Program-made: the position numbers and the translations under genes
Notes under the pieces: model-generated
The model's database searches: none
The model's input: only the letters and a program-made list of their open reading frames with translations
Told to the model about the DNA's origin: nothing
Assembly: GCA_022841985.1 (NCBI GenBank)
Contig: JALHQL010000006.1
Coordinates: 16-64,015 of the forward strand
DNA length: 64,000 nt
Source of the DNA: Minisyncoccota bacterium
Lineage (GTDB): Bacteria > Patescibacteriota > Minisyncoccia > Phycocordibacterales > Phycocordibacteraceae
Reading direction: 5' to 3'
Shown: in pieces, positions 31,316 through 41,653 of the stretch
How positions within the stretch are numbered: the stretch's first letter is position 1
Layout of the letters: every line of letters begins with the position of its first letter

Positions 31316-32404
31316 ATGCCGCAAGACACGAGACCTGATATATACGGAATTCTCAGACACTGCGCGCTACTTATCGCAGGGTTCGTGACTATTATTTTTG
31401 CTATTGTCTCTCTGCCAAACCGCGCGGACGCGTTTTGGTCATTTTTTACAAATGCAGATGCGGCGGTCAATACTCCCCTTCCCGATTCAAAAACTCCCGT
31501 ACTCGTCGCCGCTACTAACTTTGACCCGAACCCAAACAAAGGTCTTGGTGAGTACCAGATAAACAACGGCAACGCCCTCATCGCCCATGGAGGCCCCGCC
31601 GGCAGTACGGGAACCACCATCGCAAACATCCCGCCACCTGACCGCATTTCGGTCTATGTGGTGCGTCCGGGCGATACGCTCTCAGAGATCGCAAACATGT
31701 TCGGAGTTTCAATAAATACCATCATCTGGGCAAATGACCTCAAAAACTCTCGAGATGTACATCCAGGCGATACGCTCGTTATTCTGCCCGTCTCGGGCGT
31801 TGAGCGCACAATAGTTAAGGGAGACACACTTAAGTCACTCGCAAAGAAATATGGCGCCCATGCGGAAGATATTGCGCAATACAACGGCCTCGATCTGACG
31901 GAAGCACTTGTCGTCGGCACGACCATTATTATCCCCGGCGGAGAGATAGCCGTACCGGTGCCGACTACACACGCACCCTCTACTCATCGCGAACCCTATC
32001 TTGGCAGTAGCGGCTCCACACAATCGGGTTACTACAGCAACCCGGTACCAGGCGGCATCATCACACAGAGCCTACATGGATGGAATGGCATTGACATCGG
32101 CGGCGTGCGCGGTACACCTGTTCGGGCAGCAGCAAATGGTACGGTCATTGTGGCGCGAGGCAGCGGATGGAACGGCGGCTACGGTGTCTACGTCGTTATC
32201 ATGCATGACAATGGCAGTCAGACACTCTATTCGCACATGGGGAGCATCGTCGTCTCTCCTGGTCAGCAGGTCTCGTCCGGCCAGATTATCGGCTATGTCG
32301 GATCGACTGGTCTATCGACCGGTCCACATCTCCACTTCGAGGTTCGCGGTGCAGTAAACCCTTTCCGTAATTGCCCAGTCGGTCGCGTCTGTGCTCCGCA
32401 ATAG
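31316..32404 (+). CDS. LysM-domain M23 peptidase
   Basis: Two LysM repeats (YVVRPGDTLSEIA; IVKGDTLKSLA), GIDIG, TLYSHM, STGPHLHFEV. Confidence 0.93.
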   Translation: MPQDTRPDIYGILRHCALLIAGFVTIIFAIVSLPNRADAFWSFFTNADAAVNTPLPDSKTPVLVAATNFDPNPNKGLGEYQINNGNALIAHGGPAGSTGTTIANIPPPDRISVYVVRPGDTLSEIANMFGVSINTIIWANDLKNSRDVHPGDTLVILPVSGVERTIVKGDTLKSLAKKYGAHAEDIAQYNGLDLTEALVVGTTIIIPGGEIAVPVPTTHAPSTHREPYLGSSGSTQSGYYSNPVPGGIITQSLHGWNGIDIGGVRGTPVRAAANGTVIVARGSGWNGGYGVYVVIMHDNGSQTLYSHMGSIVVSPGQQVSSGQIIGYVGSTGLSTGPHLHFEVRGAVNPFRNCPVGRVCAPQ

Positions 32405-32406
32405 AA

Positions 32407-32435
32407 AATCGCCAGCTCCTCCGAAGCTGGCGATT
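32407..32435. terminator. Hairpin between convergent genes
   Basis: aatcgccagct...agctggcgatt. Confidence 0.65.
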
Positions 32436-32455
32436 GCGTTAATGGTGAAATTCCG

Positions 32456-32827
32456 TTACTTAAATTTGATTGGGCCTGAACCCATTTGATTGTCATACTG
32501 CCTTTGATACAGGTTCCAGAATGCTTTTGCTTCTTCTGGGGATATGACGTGATCACGATCCGGATCAGCCTTGACGTACATCTGATAGATCGAATCTTCA
32601 ATTTCCTTAGGACTCTTACCTTTTTGAGTCTCTTCCTGGACCGCTTCGACTTTTTCCATGATAGATGCGGCTTCCCCACGCAATACGAACTGAAAGATTC
32701 CATTGCGGAAATCCCTTGCCACTTCAGGTGCGGGGGGAGCGACGGCAGACTTTACCTCCGGCGCCACACATCCAGTCACGAACATACCGAGTGCCACTAA
32801 AGCAAAACCTAAAACACGATTCTTCAT
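32456..32827 (-). CDS. Putative lipoprotein with EF-hand-like loop
   Basis: FVTG-C lipobox; DPDRDHVISPEE; AGGAGG SD. Confidence 0.7.
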   Translation of the reverse strand: MKNRVLGFALVALGMFVTGCVAPEVKSAVAPPAPEVARDFRNGIFQFVLRGEAASIMEKVEAVQEETQKGKSPKEIEDSIYQMYVKADPDRDHVISPEEAKAFWNLYQRQYDNQMGSGPIKFK

Positions 32828-32925
32828 AACTACCTCCTGACTAAGGGTAAATGATGTATTGATAGGAACTTACTAATATACAGTATACCAAAAATTGACT
32901 TAAAAGTCAACCGACTGTTATTTTG

Positions 32926-34458
32926 TCATTCAAATCCGAACAAACCGCGAGGACGGTACTGCAAAGCTTCGTGCACGTATGCCGGAGTGACGGAATCGGC
33001 GCCGGCAAGATCGGCGATAGTGCGCGCTACACGCATAGTGCGATGGTAACTCCTCGGTGAGAGATGGAGGCGCGTAGCGGCGCTTGTCAATGCTTCCTTC
33101 GCAGCAGCGGTGAAGCCACTTTTCTCATCGAGTTCTCGACTCGTGAGTGCTGCATTCGTTGCGCCATTTTTCCCGGTTCGCTTCTCAGCGCGCGACCGAG
33201 CAGAGATGACGCGCCCGCGCACTTTTTCAGATGATTCGCCCTGTGAAAGTTTCGAGAGAGTATCGTGCGGAACAAGCGGCACTTCAATCCAGAGATCGAG
33301 ACGGTCGACAATAGGTCGCGAAATGCGTCGCGCTTGCTTCGCTGCAGCGCGTATCGCCACGCGCGAATCATCAGAAAGTGTGTTTGCCGGATTCATCGCC
33401 GCGACGATCATGCAGTCAGCAGGAAATGTGACGCTTGCCCGCGCGCGAGAAACGGTAACAATACGATCCTCAAGCGGCTGTCGTAGAGCCTCAAGCGCCC
33501 GCGACTCAAACTCAGGGAATTCATCCAGGAACAGAACTCCTCTATGCGCCAAAGTCACTTCGCCCGCTTTAGGGAAAGCTCCGCCGCCCACGATCGCCAC
33601 ATGAGAAACTGAATGGTGCGGAGCCCGAAACGGCGGCCAATACACTGCCTCCCCTTCCTTAAGAAGACCGGCGGTCGAATGTATTGCGGTTACTTCAAGC
33701 ACATCGTCATTTGTGAGCGGAGGAAGGATACCTGCAAGCGCACGAGCGAGCATGGTTTTCCCGGTACCGGGCGGGCCATAAAAAACGATATTATGTCGGC
33801 CGGCAGCAGCAATCTCAAGCGCCCGCTTGGCGCTCTCCTGACCTTTTACATCTGCAAGATCGAGCGCGGGTGGCAGTACGAGCGCTTTTTTATCACGGAC
33901 AAGACGAGGAAGCAGTTTCTCTCCCTTCAAATGCTGCAAAAGATCTTTGAGCGACTTCGGTGCGTAAATAGCGAGTCCTTCAGCAAGCAGCGCTTCGCGA
34001 GAATTTTCTGGTGGTACGAAAATAGTCTTGATACCCGCACGCTTCGCTGCGAGTACTTGTGCCAAAACACCGCGCACATTACGCACTGTCCCATCGAGAG
34101 CGAGTTCCCCGATGAAAAGCATGTCTTCATTACAGGACGGAAGGTCACCAACGGCAGTAAGATATGCTAGTGCAAGCGCGAGATCGTAGTGTGAACCTTC
34201 CTTTTTTAAATCTGCAGGGGAAAGAGAGAGGACGATGCGTTTGTTCTGCTGCTTGGGAGACTTGTAACCAGAGTGACGTATCGCGGCACTAACCCTGTCG
34301 CGAGCCTCATCGACTGCCTTATCAGCAAGACCGACCACAGAGAATGCATGCAGTCCGCGCGTGAGATCGGCTTCGACTATGACCATTTCCGCACCCGAGC
34401 CAACAGGCTGTGCCGCAAGTGTTTTCGCGTACCCGTACTTAGGTGGCGACACGGGCAT
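32926..34458 (-). CDS. comM: ComM/YifB Mg-chelatase-like AAA+ ATPase
   Basis: [46 protein letters not shown]. Confidence 0.93.
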   Translation of the reverse strand: MPVSPPKYGYAKTLAAQPVGSGAEMVIVEADLTRGLHAFSVVGLADKAVDEARDRVSAAIRHSGYKSPKQQNKRIVLSLSPADLKKEGSHYDLALALAYLTAVGDLPSCNEDMLFIGELALDGTVRNVRGVLAQVLAAKRAGIKTIFVPPENSREALLAEGLAIYAPKSLKDLLQHLKGEKLLPRLVRDKKALVLPPALDLADVKGQESAKRALEIAAAGRHNIVFYGPPGTGKTMLARALAGILPPLTNDDVLEVTAIHSTAGLLKEGEAVYWPPFRAPHHSVSHVAIVGGGAFPKAGEVTLAHRGVLFLDEFPEFESRALEALRQPLEDRIVTVSRARASVTFPADCMIVAAMNPANTLSDDSRVAIRAAAKQARRISRPIVDRLDLWIEVPLVPHDTLSKLSQGESSEKVRGRVISARSRAEKRTGKNGATNAALTSRELDEKSGFTAAAKEALTSAATRLHLSPRSYHRTMRVARTIADLAGADSVTPAYVHEALQYRPRGLFGFE

Positions 34459-34466
34459 TTTTGTTT

Positions 34467-34814
34467 TTACAGATGCTTGATGCACGTTGTTGCGGCAGGG
34501 TCGGCTCCGAGACGGGCTTCTTCTATCGCATCGCTGCACACTTTGCATTTTCCGTAGGTTTTTTTATTTATTCTTGAAAGCGCGGCAAGGACAGTGTCGT
34601 ACCTAGCTTCCAGATCCGCAAGAATAGCCGTGTTGCCCTCACGACTCATAATGACATCAGCCTGATCGGCAAGGTCCGCTTCAGTACCCGTCTCCGACGG
34701 AACTGGCTCCCAGTCGCCGAGAACTCTCGGATTCTTCCGCCCGACACTCCCCATCTCAACTTCCAACTTCGCCTTCTCTATTTCGAGTTTTTTCTTATAT
34801 TGTTCAGTTTTCAT
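34467..34814 (-). CDS. TraR/DksA family C4-type zinc finger protein
   Basis: [23 protein letters not shown]...CIKH. Confidence 0.9.
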   Translation of the reverse strand: MKTEQYKKKLEIEKAKLEVEMGSVGRKNPRVLGDWEPVPSETGTEADLADQADVIMSREGNTAILADLEARYDTVLAALSRINKKTYGKCKVCSDAIEEARLGADPAATTCIKHL

Positions 34815-34831
34815 TGGGGAATGATACCAGA

Positions 34832-36016
34832 TTATTGAGCTCGCGAAGTTGCGAGTCGCTGGAGTATCTCACTAAATGCCGCTGGGTCGCGAGCGATAAC
34901 AAGCGTTGTCTGATTCCAATAGCCATAAACGAGGACACTCTGTCCCTCCACATCACGGTGTATACGTACGTCATGATTTGCAACGATATCGTCAAGAAAC
35001 ACGATCTGTGCTCCCAAAGCATTCGAAGTGCTTGTCGCCTTCCCCGCGACATTCGTCTTCTTCGTAGTAACAGCGGTTGATGTCGCCGATAAAACAGGAG
35101 GAGTGGGTTTTATGTAGGGCGGAAAGAGCTGCGCAAGCTCGCCTAGCATCGATGGCTCCCACTGCAGCATGCCTGAAAAAGTTTCGCTATAAGAATCCAC
35201 GGAAAGAACGAAAAATGGACTTTGTCTACCATCAATATTCACCACACCTGCCATACTGCCCGCAGCGTTCACATTGCGCAACAGAATATCAGGCGCCGAC
35301 AGACGCAGCGCGGAAAAAACACTATCGGAATTAGTGGTTGCTGTTTCAAAATAGAGGAGTCGAACGGCACCGACCGCAATCATTCGAGCGACCGATTGCT
35401 CAATTGCCTGAGAGAGGTCAAGACCCGCGCCCGTTAGCTGCTCACGCTCGTCGACGAATATCGGGGCCGATACCACTGGGGCAAAAATGACCCGTGTCTT
35501 GTCCAAATAGTTCGTATAGGCAATGTATACGCCAATTCCGCTTACTATAAGTAACAAGCTGCCTGCGATACCAAAGATAAGACCGTGCTGTGAAGATTTT
35601 TGTGGCGGTGCTTGAGGAGCGTCGGTTGCCGAGTCTTGTTCGGCAGCAAGCACGGTTGCCGCTGAAGAATGCGTGTCCTGCATCCGCTGTGAAAAATCTC
35701 CCTCGTATGTCTTCAGGGGCGTTACTGGCGGAGGCAAAGGTTGAGGCGCTACTGGTGGAGCGAATGATGGTTCTGGAATCGATTTCTGAACCGGGGCTGC
35801 CACTGGTGTCGGAATAGGGATAGGTGGAGGCGAAACCGGCGCTACGGTCGGCGGTATTACCACAAAATGATCCTCTCGCGGAACATTCGGCGAGACAAAA
35901 GGCGTAAAATCGGGAGTACCTCCTTCCTTCAAAGTCTTTATATCCCCGTGAAGAGTACGAATATACTTCCCAGGTGGATTTTTATCTGGACTTTTATTTG
36001 TTGCCGTCGTATCCAT
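34832..36016 (-). CDS. Hypothetical single-pass membrane protein with Pro-rich N-terminus
   Basis: 394-aa ORF, one TM segment. Confidence 0.8.
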   Translation of the reverse strand: MDTTATNKSPDKNPPGKYIRTLHGDIKTLKEGGTPDFTPFVSPNVPREDHFVVIPPTVAPVSPPPIPIPTPVAAPVQKSIPEPSFAPPVAPQPLPPPVTPLKTYEGDFSQRMQDTHSSAATVLAAEQDSATDAPQAPPQKSSQHGLIFGIAGSLLLIVSGIGVYIAYTNYLDKTRVIFAPVVSAPIFVDEREQLTGAGLDLSQAIEQSVARMIAVGAVRLLYFETATTNSDSVFSALRLSAPDILLRNVNAAGSMAGVVNIDGRQSPFFVLSVDSYSETFSGMLQWEPSMLGELAQLFPPYIKPTPPVLSATSTAVTTKKTNVAGKATSTSNALGAQIVFLDDIVANHDVRIHRDVEGQSVLVYGYWNQTTLVIARDPAAFSEILQRLATSRAQ

Positions 36017-36083
36017 CTCATCCCCTATAGTAACGTATGCGGGGCTACGTAAAGCGGGTTATCCTCGCGAGGTGATAGCAAGA

Positions 36084-36599
36084 TTATGAACGAGAGGTAA
36101 TTGTAAATTTGCGAGGATCATCGCACATGTCAGTAAAGGCGTGTGCCGCTTCTTTGAGCTTGCTTGAAGATGATTTGCCAAAGGAAATAACTTCTACCTG
36201 ACATCCTTCGTTCATGTCGAGATATTGGATGAGAGGAACGAAATCGCCGTCACCTGTCACGAGAACCACGGTGTCGAGTTTTGGAGCAAGCTTGACTGCG
36301 TCAATCGCCAACCCGACGTCCCAATCAGCCTTTTTTGCACCATCGGCGAAGACTTGAAGATCTTTCACTTTCGTCTCGATACCCATCTTGGTAAGCGCTT
36401 CAAAGAAATTCTTTTCTTCGCCCGTCTCAGTCGAGATAACGTACGCAATAGCGCGCACAAGGATGCGGCCCCCGACAGCTTCCTCGAGGATTTTGCCGAA
36501 GTTAACGCGTGCCTTATAGAGATGTTTTGCGCTGTGATAGAGATTCTGGGTATCGATAAATACTCCTATACGCTGCGCTGGATGCTTGATAACTGCCAT
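36084..36599 (-). CDS. NYN domain (LabA/DUF88) protein
   Basis: VFIDTQN, KADWDVGLAID, LVTGDGDFVPL. Confidence 0.92.
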   Translation of the reverse strand: MAVIKHPAQRIGVFIDTQNLYHSAKHLYKARVNFGKILEEAVGGRILVRAIAYVISTETGEEKNFFEALTKMGIETKVKDLQVFADGAKKADWDVGLAIDAVKLAPKLDTVVLVTGDGDFVPLIQYLDMNEGCQVEVISFGKSSSSKLKEAAHAFTDMCDDPRKFTITSRS

Positions 36600-36800
36600 A
36601 AAAATAAATACTTATATAAACGAAATAATAAAAACTACTGCTTTTCAATGATACCACCTAACCCTGCGCGAAAACGCGAGACGCAAGACACAGAAAGGCG
36701 GTTACCAGAGGCGTGCTTTTGCGGTACGACAAAAGAAAATCATTGGGACCCCTAACACCGCAAATGGCGTGTAGCACCGGAAGTAAGCCAGTAACCCAGC

Positions 36801-37067
36801 TTACTTCTTCAAACCGAGCTTCTTGATAAGCGCGTTGTAGTGACGCTTGTTATTTGTCTCAAGATAGTGAAGATGCGTACGACGCGCAGCAACCATTTGA
36901 AGAAGACCTCGACGGGAATGAAAATCCTTCGGATTCTTCTTGAGATGCTTCGCGAGTTCGTCAATTTGCCCCGAAAGAAGCGCGACTTGAACGTCTGGCG
37001 AGCCAGTGTCTGTATCGTGTCGGGCGGCATTTTTGATAACCGACGCCTTTTTTCTGGTGGTAAGCAT
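36801..37067 (-). CDS. rpsO: 30S ribosomal protein S15
   Basis: DTGSPDVQVALL, KDFHSRRGLL. Confidence 0.98.
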   Translation of the reverse strand: MLTTRKKASVIKNAARHDTDTGSPDVQVALLSGQIDELAKHLKKNPKDFHSRRGLLQMVAARRTHLHYLETNNKRHYNALIKKLGLKK

Positions 37068-37193
37068 TGGAGCCCTATCCTACCACGTCTTGCTTATTTG
37101 TGCAAGTTTTGTGTAATCACAGAACCTGCGTCCTAGAGTACCAATACCTTTGAGAAATGTGCGCGGCTTTGCCTCGCTCATTAGTATTCGTTG

Positions 37194-37275
37194 TGGGCAT
37201 GGAGGGACTCGAACCCTCAACCCTTACGGGATACGCTTCTGAGACGTACGCGTATACCAATTCCGCCACATGCCC
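37194..37275 (-). tRNA. tRNA-Leu(CAG)
   Basis: GGGCATG acceptor, TACGT-CT CAG AA-GCGTA, long variable arm, TTCGA. Confidence 0.95.
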
Positions 37276-37317
37276 TTCTCTATCTATCTTCTCGCCCGCC
37301 ATCTAGCGGACCAGTTG

Positions 37318-37389
37318 TGCCCCTGGCAAGAATCGAACTTGCATTGACGGCTTAGAAGTCCGCAGTTCTGTCCATTGAACTACAGGGGC
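37318..37389 (-). tRNA. tRNA-Arg(TCT)
   Basis: GCCCCTG acceptor, CT TCT AA loop, TTCGA; A31-G39 mismatch in anticodon stem. Confidence 0.9.
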
Positions 37390-37508
37390 GATATTCTTAC
37401 TCTACCCTACTACCAAGCGAGCCGCGTAACAAATGAAAGTCGTCATTCATTTGTCCGAGGCGAGCGTGGGGGAAAAGCTTTGTCCGCAAATAATTTCGCA
37501 CACGAGCA

Positions 37509-37814
37509 TCATCGCGAAGGGTCAGTATAGCGATAGACACCCGTCTCATACTTTGTCGCCTCAGCGGCACGTTTCTCGAATATTGGCTGAGCGGCATCAA
37601 GAAAAGATCTATTGAAAGCCTGCGGCGAACTGAGTTCGACTGAACCAATGACACCTCCGCGAGCTATTGTATCGAAAACCCATACATTCCACACAATGAC
37701 GCCTACGAGCACTATCGCCGAACATATGAGTACCGCTATCCAGTCGCGCGCCGGATCTTGGCGAACCTCAGAGTGTAGCCGTTTCAAGAAAGAATTGGGA
37801 GAGATAGAATTCAT
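37509..37814 (-). CDS. Small membrane protein of the pilMNO cluster
   Basis: One TM; overlaps upstream stop. Confidence 0.7.
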   Translation of the reverse strand: MNSISPNSFLKRLHSEVRQDPARDWIAVLICSAIVLVGVIVWNVWVFDTIARGGVIGSVELSSPQAFNRSFLDAAQPIFEKRAAEATKYETGVYRYTDPSR

Positions 37815-38371
37815 GGTGTAGAGGCTTTTAAAACGTCTTGGCCGTCCGAATTCGCCGTATTCGCAGACAATGAGCCGACACGCAGCTTCAGATTGGCACG
37901 CCAGTTACCCTTATCATCTTCCTGTCCGAGTGAGATTTCAGAAATTGAAAGAGCATACGGAGCATACTCAATTGTGCCGACAGTGCGCATCACTGCGTCA
38001 AAGACTCCATTGATTGTCAGAGTAAGCACCAGCATTGGCTGTTTCGTTTCAGTACCTGCCGAAACAGAAAGAACTCTTACTAAGGTTCCTTGCTGGCGTC
38101 CACGTGCCTCGAGGTCATTGATGAATGCGACCACACCAGTTTCCGGAACAAAATAGCTCTGTACGACAGTTTCCTCGCTCGTAATCTTAGTGAGCGCCGC
38201 GCGCACAGAGGCGGCACGACTGGTAGCTTCAATCGCCGCCACAATCTCACTTTCCAATTTCGCGACGCCGACGCTTTTTGTTGAGACGGCAGCATACCAA
38301 AACCCATAGAGAATGAGTGTGGTGACGCATACGGCGCATGCTAGAGCGAGTTGGATAAAAGATGATTTCAT
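37811..38371 (-). CDS. PilO-like type IV pilus alignment protein
   Basis: TM, coiled coil, C-terminal alpha/beta region; third gene after pilM. Confidence 0.65.
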   Translation of the reverse strand: MKSSFIQLALACAVCVTTLILYGFWYAAVSTKSVGVAKLESEIVAAIEATSRAASVRAALTKITSEETVVQSYFVPETGVVAFINDLEARGRQQGTLVRVLSVSAGTETKQPMLVLTLTINGVFDAVMRTVGTIEYAPYALSISEISLGQEDDKGNWRANLKLRVGSLSANTANSDGQDVLKASTP

Positions 38372-38922
38372 GGCGCAAGAGTCACGGTAATAGTAAACGA
38401 GATATCAGTATCTTTCGCATACGCAGAAATCGGCAGAGCGGCAGAGCGAACGAGCGGCACACTTTCTAGCGCAAGCTGGTAGTTACGAAGCGCGGCGCGT
38501 GTCTCTGAAGTTCCGGAGAGTATAAGTATGCCAGGACTCTTAGGGGTAGCGGGCGTATAGTTCAGTCCGGAAAGGGTGATCCCTGGGCGTACTACGGCGA
38601 GCATCGAACGAATGATCGTACTTGCGGAAGGCGTGTTCGCAAGCGCCGTTAAAATCGCCATGTTATTTGAGAGTTTCGTAAGACGCGTAGCGAATACGGT
38701 TTCATCCTCAGGTGAAATTGCAGATTTTATGTTTGCGAGACGCATCTCTTTTGCACCAGAACTTGCAGCAAGGAAAACATAGGTTGGCAACAACAGCATA
38801 GCTGCGGTACACGTAATCGCCGTTAGAAGCCATGCGATGACGACGATAACGCGCAGAACATAGTCGCGGGAGAGAGTGCGCTGCCGCTCAAAAGGAAGAA
38901 GATTGGTAAATTCGTTGTGCAT
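38368..38922 (-). CDS. PilN-like protein
   Basis: NLLP motif, TM, ILSGTSETRAAL; follows pilM; start uncertain. Confidence 0.75.
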   Translation of the reverse strand: MHNEFTNLLPFERQRTLSRDYVLRVIVVIAWLLTAITCTAAMLLLPTYVFLAASSGAKEMRLANIKSAISPEDETVFATRLTKLSNNMAILTALANTPSASTIIRSMLAVVRPGITLSGLNYTPATPKSPGILILSGTSETRAALRNYQLALESVPLVRSAALPISAYAKDTDISFTITVTLAP

Positions 38923-38926
38923 ACTG

Positions 38927-40015
38927 TTATGCATGATGATCACGCAGTGCAAGACCTATTGCTGTCGCGTACGCAAGTGACTCAGTGTAATCAAGCTGTG
39001 GAATCCACGCATCGCGCGAAGCAAAATTAGTGAACACGTCGCCGGTGGTAACGGGAATCCGCAGTGCGCCTTCGAGGTATTCAGGAAACCCGCGTATTGA
39101 GGCATTGCCGCCGGCGAGAATAGCATGCGATACCTTTTCATGGACTCCTTTGAGCGTCTCTTTTTCTTGCCAATAGTCGAGTCGGCGGGAAATCTCATCG
39201 CGAATTGCAGAAACTGTCGAGAGCATCGAAGCAAGATACTCTTCATTCCCCGGTGCGGGGACAATACCTCGTTCGGCCTTCACCACACGCGCTTCGGCAT
39301 CAGTAACGCCGAAATACTTTTGCACGGCGAGCGTGAGCGCATGCCCGCCGATGCTAATTGTTGTTGCAAAACGAGGTATACGCCCAACAACGATGGTCAT
39401 TTTTGTCGTTGTTTTCCCGACATCGATGATGAGTGCCGTCGAAGTATCCCCTTTCGGAAGGAGTGCGCGTGCCATAGCGAACGTCTCCCCTTCGATTGCT
39501 CGTACGCTGATATTCGCCTGATCAAACACCGAGAGCGTATCGTCGACAATACGCCGCGCAAAACCAATACCCGCGACAAGTTTGTCATCGTGCTCGCCTC
39601 GCCCTACCTCAACAATATCGAAGGATGTCTCCGCTGGAGGCAACGGTATGAGCTCGTCGAGACGCTGTTCAATCGCCGTACGCCATCCAGCCCTCCCCAC
39701 ATCTGGGACTGAGGTCTCAAAGAGGTATGCTTTTGACTCCGGCAGCATGATATTAGTCGCGGAGATGCCGGTCGCACGGGCAGCGGCAATGAGCGTATTG
39801 GCTACTGTTGCTCGGTCGACTATCTCGCCACTGACAAACGCCCCCGTAGGCAAAAGTATTTCCGTGCAACTTGCCAAGGTAAGACCCTGGACTCCTTCGG
39901 TGAGACGCACTGCCTTCACACCGCTTGTTGAAAGGTCGATACCCGAAAATGGAAGCGCGAGATACTGCGGTGGAGCGAAGGCGATGCGCAGACGCTTACT
40001 GAAAACGAAAGACAT
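38927..40015 (-). CDS. pilM: Type IV pilus assembly protein PilM
   Basis: GIDLSTSGVK, IIDVGKTTT, GGHALT, ILAGGNA, YATAIGLALR. Confidence 0.92.
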   Translation of the reverse strand: MSFVFSKRLRIAFAPPQYLALPFSGIDLSTSGVKAVRLTEGVQGLTLASCTEILLPTGAFVSGEIVDRATVANTLIAAARATGISATNIMLPESKAYLFETSVPDVGRAGWRTAIEQRLDELIPLPPAETSFDIVEVGRGEHDDKLVAGIGFARRIVDDTLSVFDQANISVRAIEGETFAMARALLPKGDTSTALIIDVGKTTTKMTIVVGRIPRFATTISIGGHALTLAVQKYFGVTDAEARVVKAERGIVPAPGNEEYLASMLSTVSAIRDEISRRLDYWQEKETLKGVHEKVSHAILAGGNASIRGFPEYLEGALRIPVTTGDVFTNFASRDAWIPQLDYTESLAYATAIGLALRDHHA

Positions 40016-40053
40016 GCAGATAGTATAACGCGGACATGCCCCGAATACGCATC

Positions 40054-40395
40054 TTAATGTGCACTGGTGCCAGGCGGCACATCCCTATCGGGCGTAAGAA
40101 ATGCAAATGTGTCGTCCGCACCGACAGCAAAAAGCATGCCGTTACTTTCAAGTCCACGTATTGTGCGCGGCTCAAGATTTGTTACAAACGCGAGCTGGCG
40201 ACCGACGAGTGATTGTGGATCCGACACATACGCTGCGATGCCGGAAACAATCTGCCGCGGACCGACCTCTTCCCCGAAATCGATCATGAGACGAAGAAGC
40301 TTATCCGTCTCGGGCACGCGCTCAGCAAAACGCACCGTACCAACTTTCACTTCGATCTTGCTAAACTCTTCAATTGATATACGTGGTTTATCCAT
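40054..40395 (-). CDS. Stand-alone tRNA-binding OB-fold (MetRS C-terminal/CsaA-like)
   Basis: DKLLRL, RQIVSGI, NLEPR..RGLESNGML. Confidence 0.9.
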   Translation of the reverse strand: MDKPRISIEEFSKIEVKVGTVRFAERVPETDKLLRLMIDFGEEVGPRQIVSGIAAYVSDPQSLVGRQLAFVTNLEPRTIRGLESNGMLFAVGADDTFAFLTPDRDVPPGTSAH

Positions 40396-40801
40396 GGTCG
40401 GCGCGTGAGAGATACCCAGTAAGGATGAGTGCGGCAGCGGATGCATCGACGGCGACGTGTTTTTTCGGCGCTCGCGACTTCCCTTCTTTTTCTGGCGCGC
40501 GACGCGCTTGTGCACTCGTAAATACTTCAGACTCGAAGAACACCGGTACGCCCGCACGTTCGGTAATCAGAGAACCGAACGTGCGGGCGTCTTTCGCTAT
40601 CGGATTCTCTCCGCCCGCGAGAGTGCGCGACTCGCCTATAACCACTGCCCCGATATTTTCTTTCGCAATAAACGCACAAAGCTCATCGACGAGTCGTGGA
40701 GTGTTTGCAATTATAGAGTGAGGAAATCCCATCGCTCCCGATTCATCAGAAAGCGCGAGGCCTATTTTCTTACTTCCGTAATCAACACCGAGATATCGCA
40801 T
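40388..40801 (-). CDS. ruvX: YqgF/RuvX family nuclease
   Basis: YLGVDYGSKKIGLALSD, VDASAAALIL. Confidence 0.93.
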   Translation of the reverse strand: MRYLGVDYGSKKIGLALSDESGAMGFPHSIIANTPRLVDELCAFIAKENIGAVVIGESRTLAGGENPIAKDARTFGSLITERAGVPVFFESEVFTSAQARRAPEKEGKSRAPKKHVAVDASAAALILTGYLSRADHG

Positions 40802-40829
40802 ATGTTCAGTGTATGGTATAACACAACGC

Positions 40830-41129
40830 ATGTATACGTATATGCATGACCTGTCACCGCTCTACTTCCCTCTTGCTCCTGAACTTATGCTCACGGTACT
40901 CCCCTTTCTTATTCTCGTCGCCATCTGGACACTCGCTGTCAAAGGCTACGCGCTCTGGCATGCTGCACGCAATGGGCAAAAAGGGTGGTTCATTGTTCTT
41001 CTCATTATAAACACGCTTGGTATTCTCGAAATCGTATACCTCATTTGGTTCCGTTCTGACAAAAAGAACGCTTCTTATCCTGTGCACGACTCGCATACGC
41101 CAGCGGTGAATTCATCACCGCAGGCATAG
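40830..41129 (+). CDS. DUF5652-like small membrane protein
   Basis: KGYALWHAARNGQKGWFIVLLIINTLGILEIVYL. Confidence 0.75.
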   Translation: MYTYMHDLSPLYFPLAPELMLTVLPFLILVAIWTLAVKGYALWHAARNGQKGWFIVLLIINTLGILEIVYLIWFRSDKKNASYPVHDSHTPAVNSSPQA

Positions 41130-41198
41130 TAATAATTTTGAAGTCAGCTTCTGTGAATAAGTGAGCAGCGGTTGCCCCTACCACTTATAATTGATGCG

Positions 41199-41579
41199 AT
41201 GAGGGAAACCCAGAGAAAAGGAGACGTCGCTGTTTCGCAAGCGATTGCAACATTTACAAAAGCGGGTTATGACGTCTCTGTTCCCCTTACAGAATCAGCT
41301 GCATATGATTTAATCGTGGAGAGGGACGGATTGATAAAACGGATACAGGTAAAATATTCGACTAGTGGAGAGGTTGACCTTCGTAGAATTCATTCAAACT
41401 CGACTGGGTATGTTGTTAAGAAGCCTAAAAAAGGCGCTTATGATTGGATTTACGTCTTTAAAGCCCTCTCTGAAAAAGAGTATCTTATTATCGACTGCCC
41501 TTTCGGTCGGCGGTCGATAACACCTGGAGTTCAGCATTCTATTAAAGTCGTACTGAAACAATTAGGAGGGGTCGCATAG
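41199..41579 (+). CDS. PD-(D/E)XK endonuclease, group I intron-associated (PDDEXK_5-like) family
   Basis: KGDVA...GYDVSVP....YDLIV....KRIQVKY; stop lies inside the tRNA-Ser gene. Confidence 0.8.
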   Translation: MRETQRKGDVAVSQAIATFTKAGYDVSVPLTESAAYDLIVERDGLIKRIQVKYSTSGEVDLRRIHSNSTGYVVKKPKKGAYDWIYVFKALSEKEYLIIDCPFGRRSITPGVQHSIKVVLKQLGGVA

Positions 41580-41653
41580 TTGGTCTAGTGCAGTGGACTT
41601 GAAATCCACCGTACCGTAAGGTACCGCGAGTTCGAATCTCGCCCCCTCCGCCA
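41565..41653 (+). tRNA. tRNA-Ser(TGA), island integration site
   Basis: GGAGGGG acceptor, GTGGA-CT TGA AA-TCCAC, long variable arm, ends GCCA. Confidence 0.96.

Noticed and set aside
41199-41653. Group I intron in tRNA-Ser
   Set aside because: The tRNA is contiguous with an intact anticodon loop; no split exon is visible around the nuclease.
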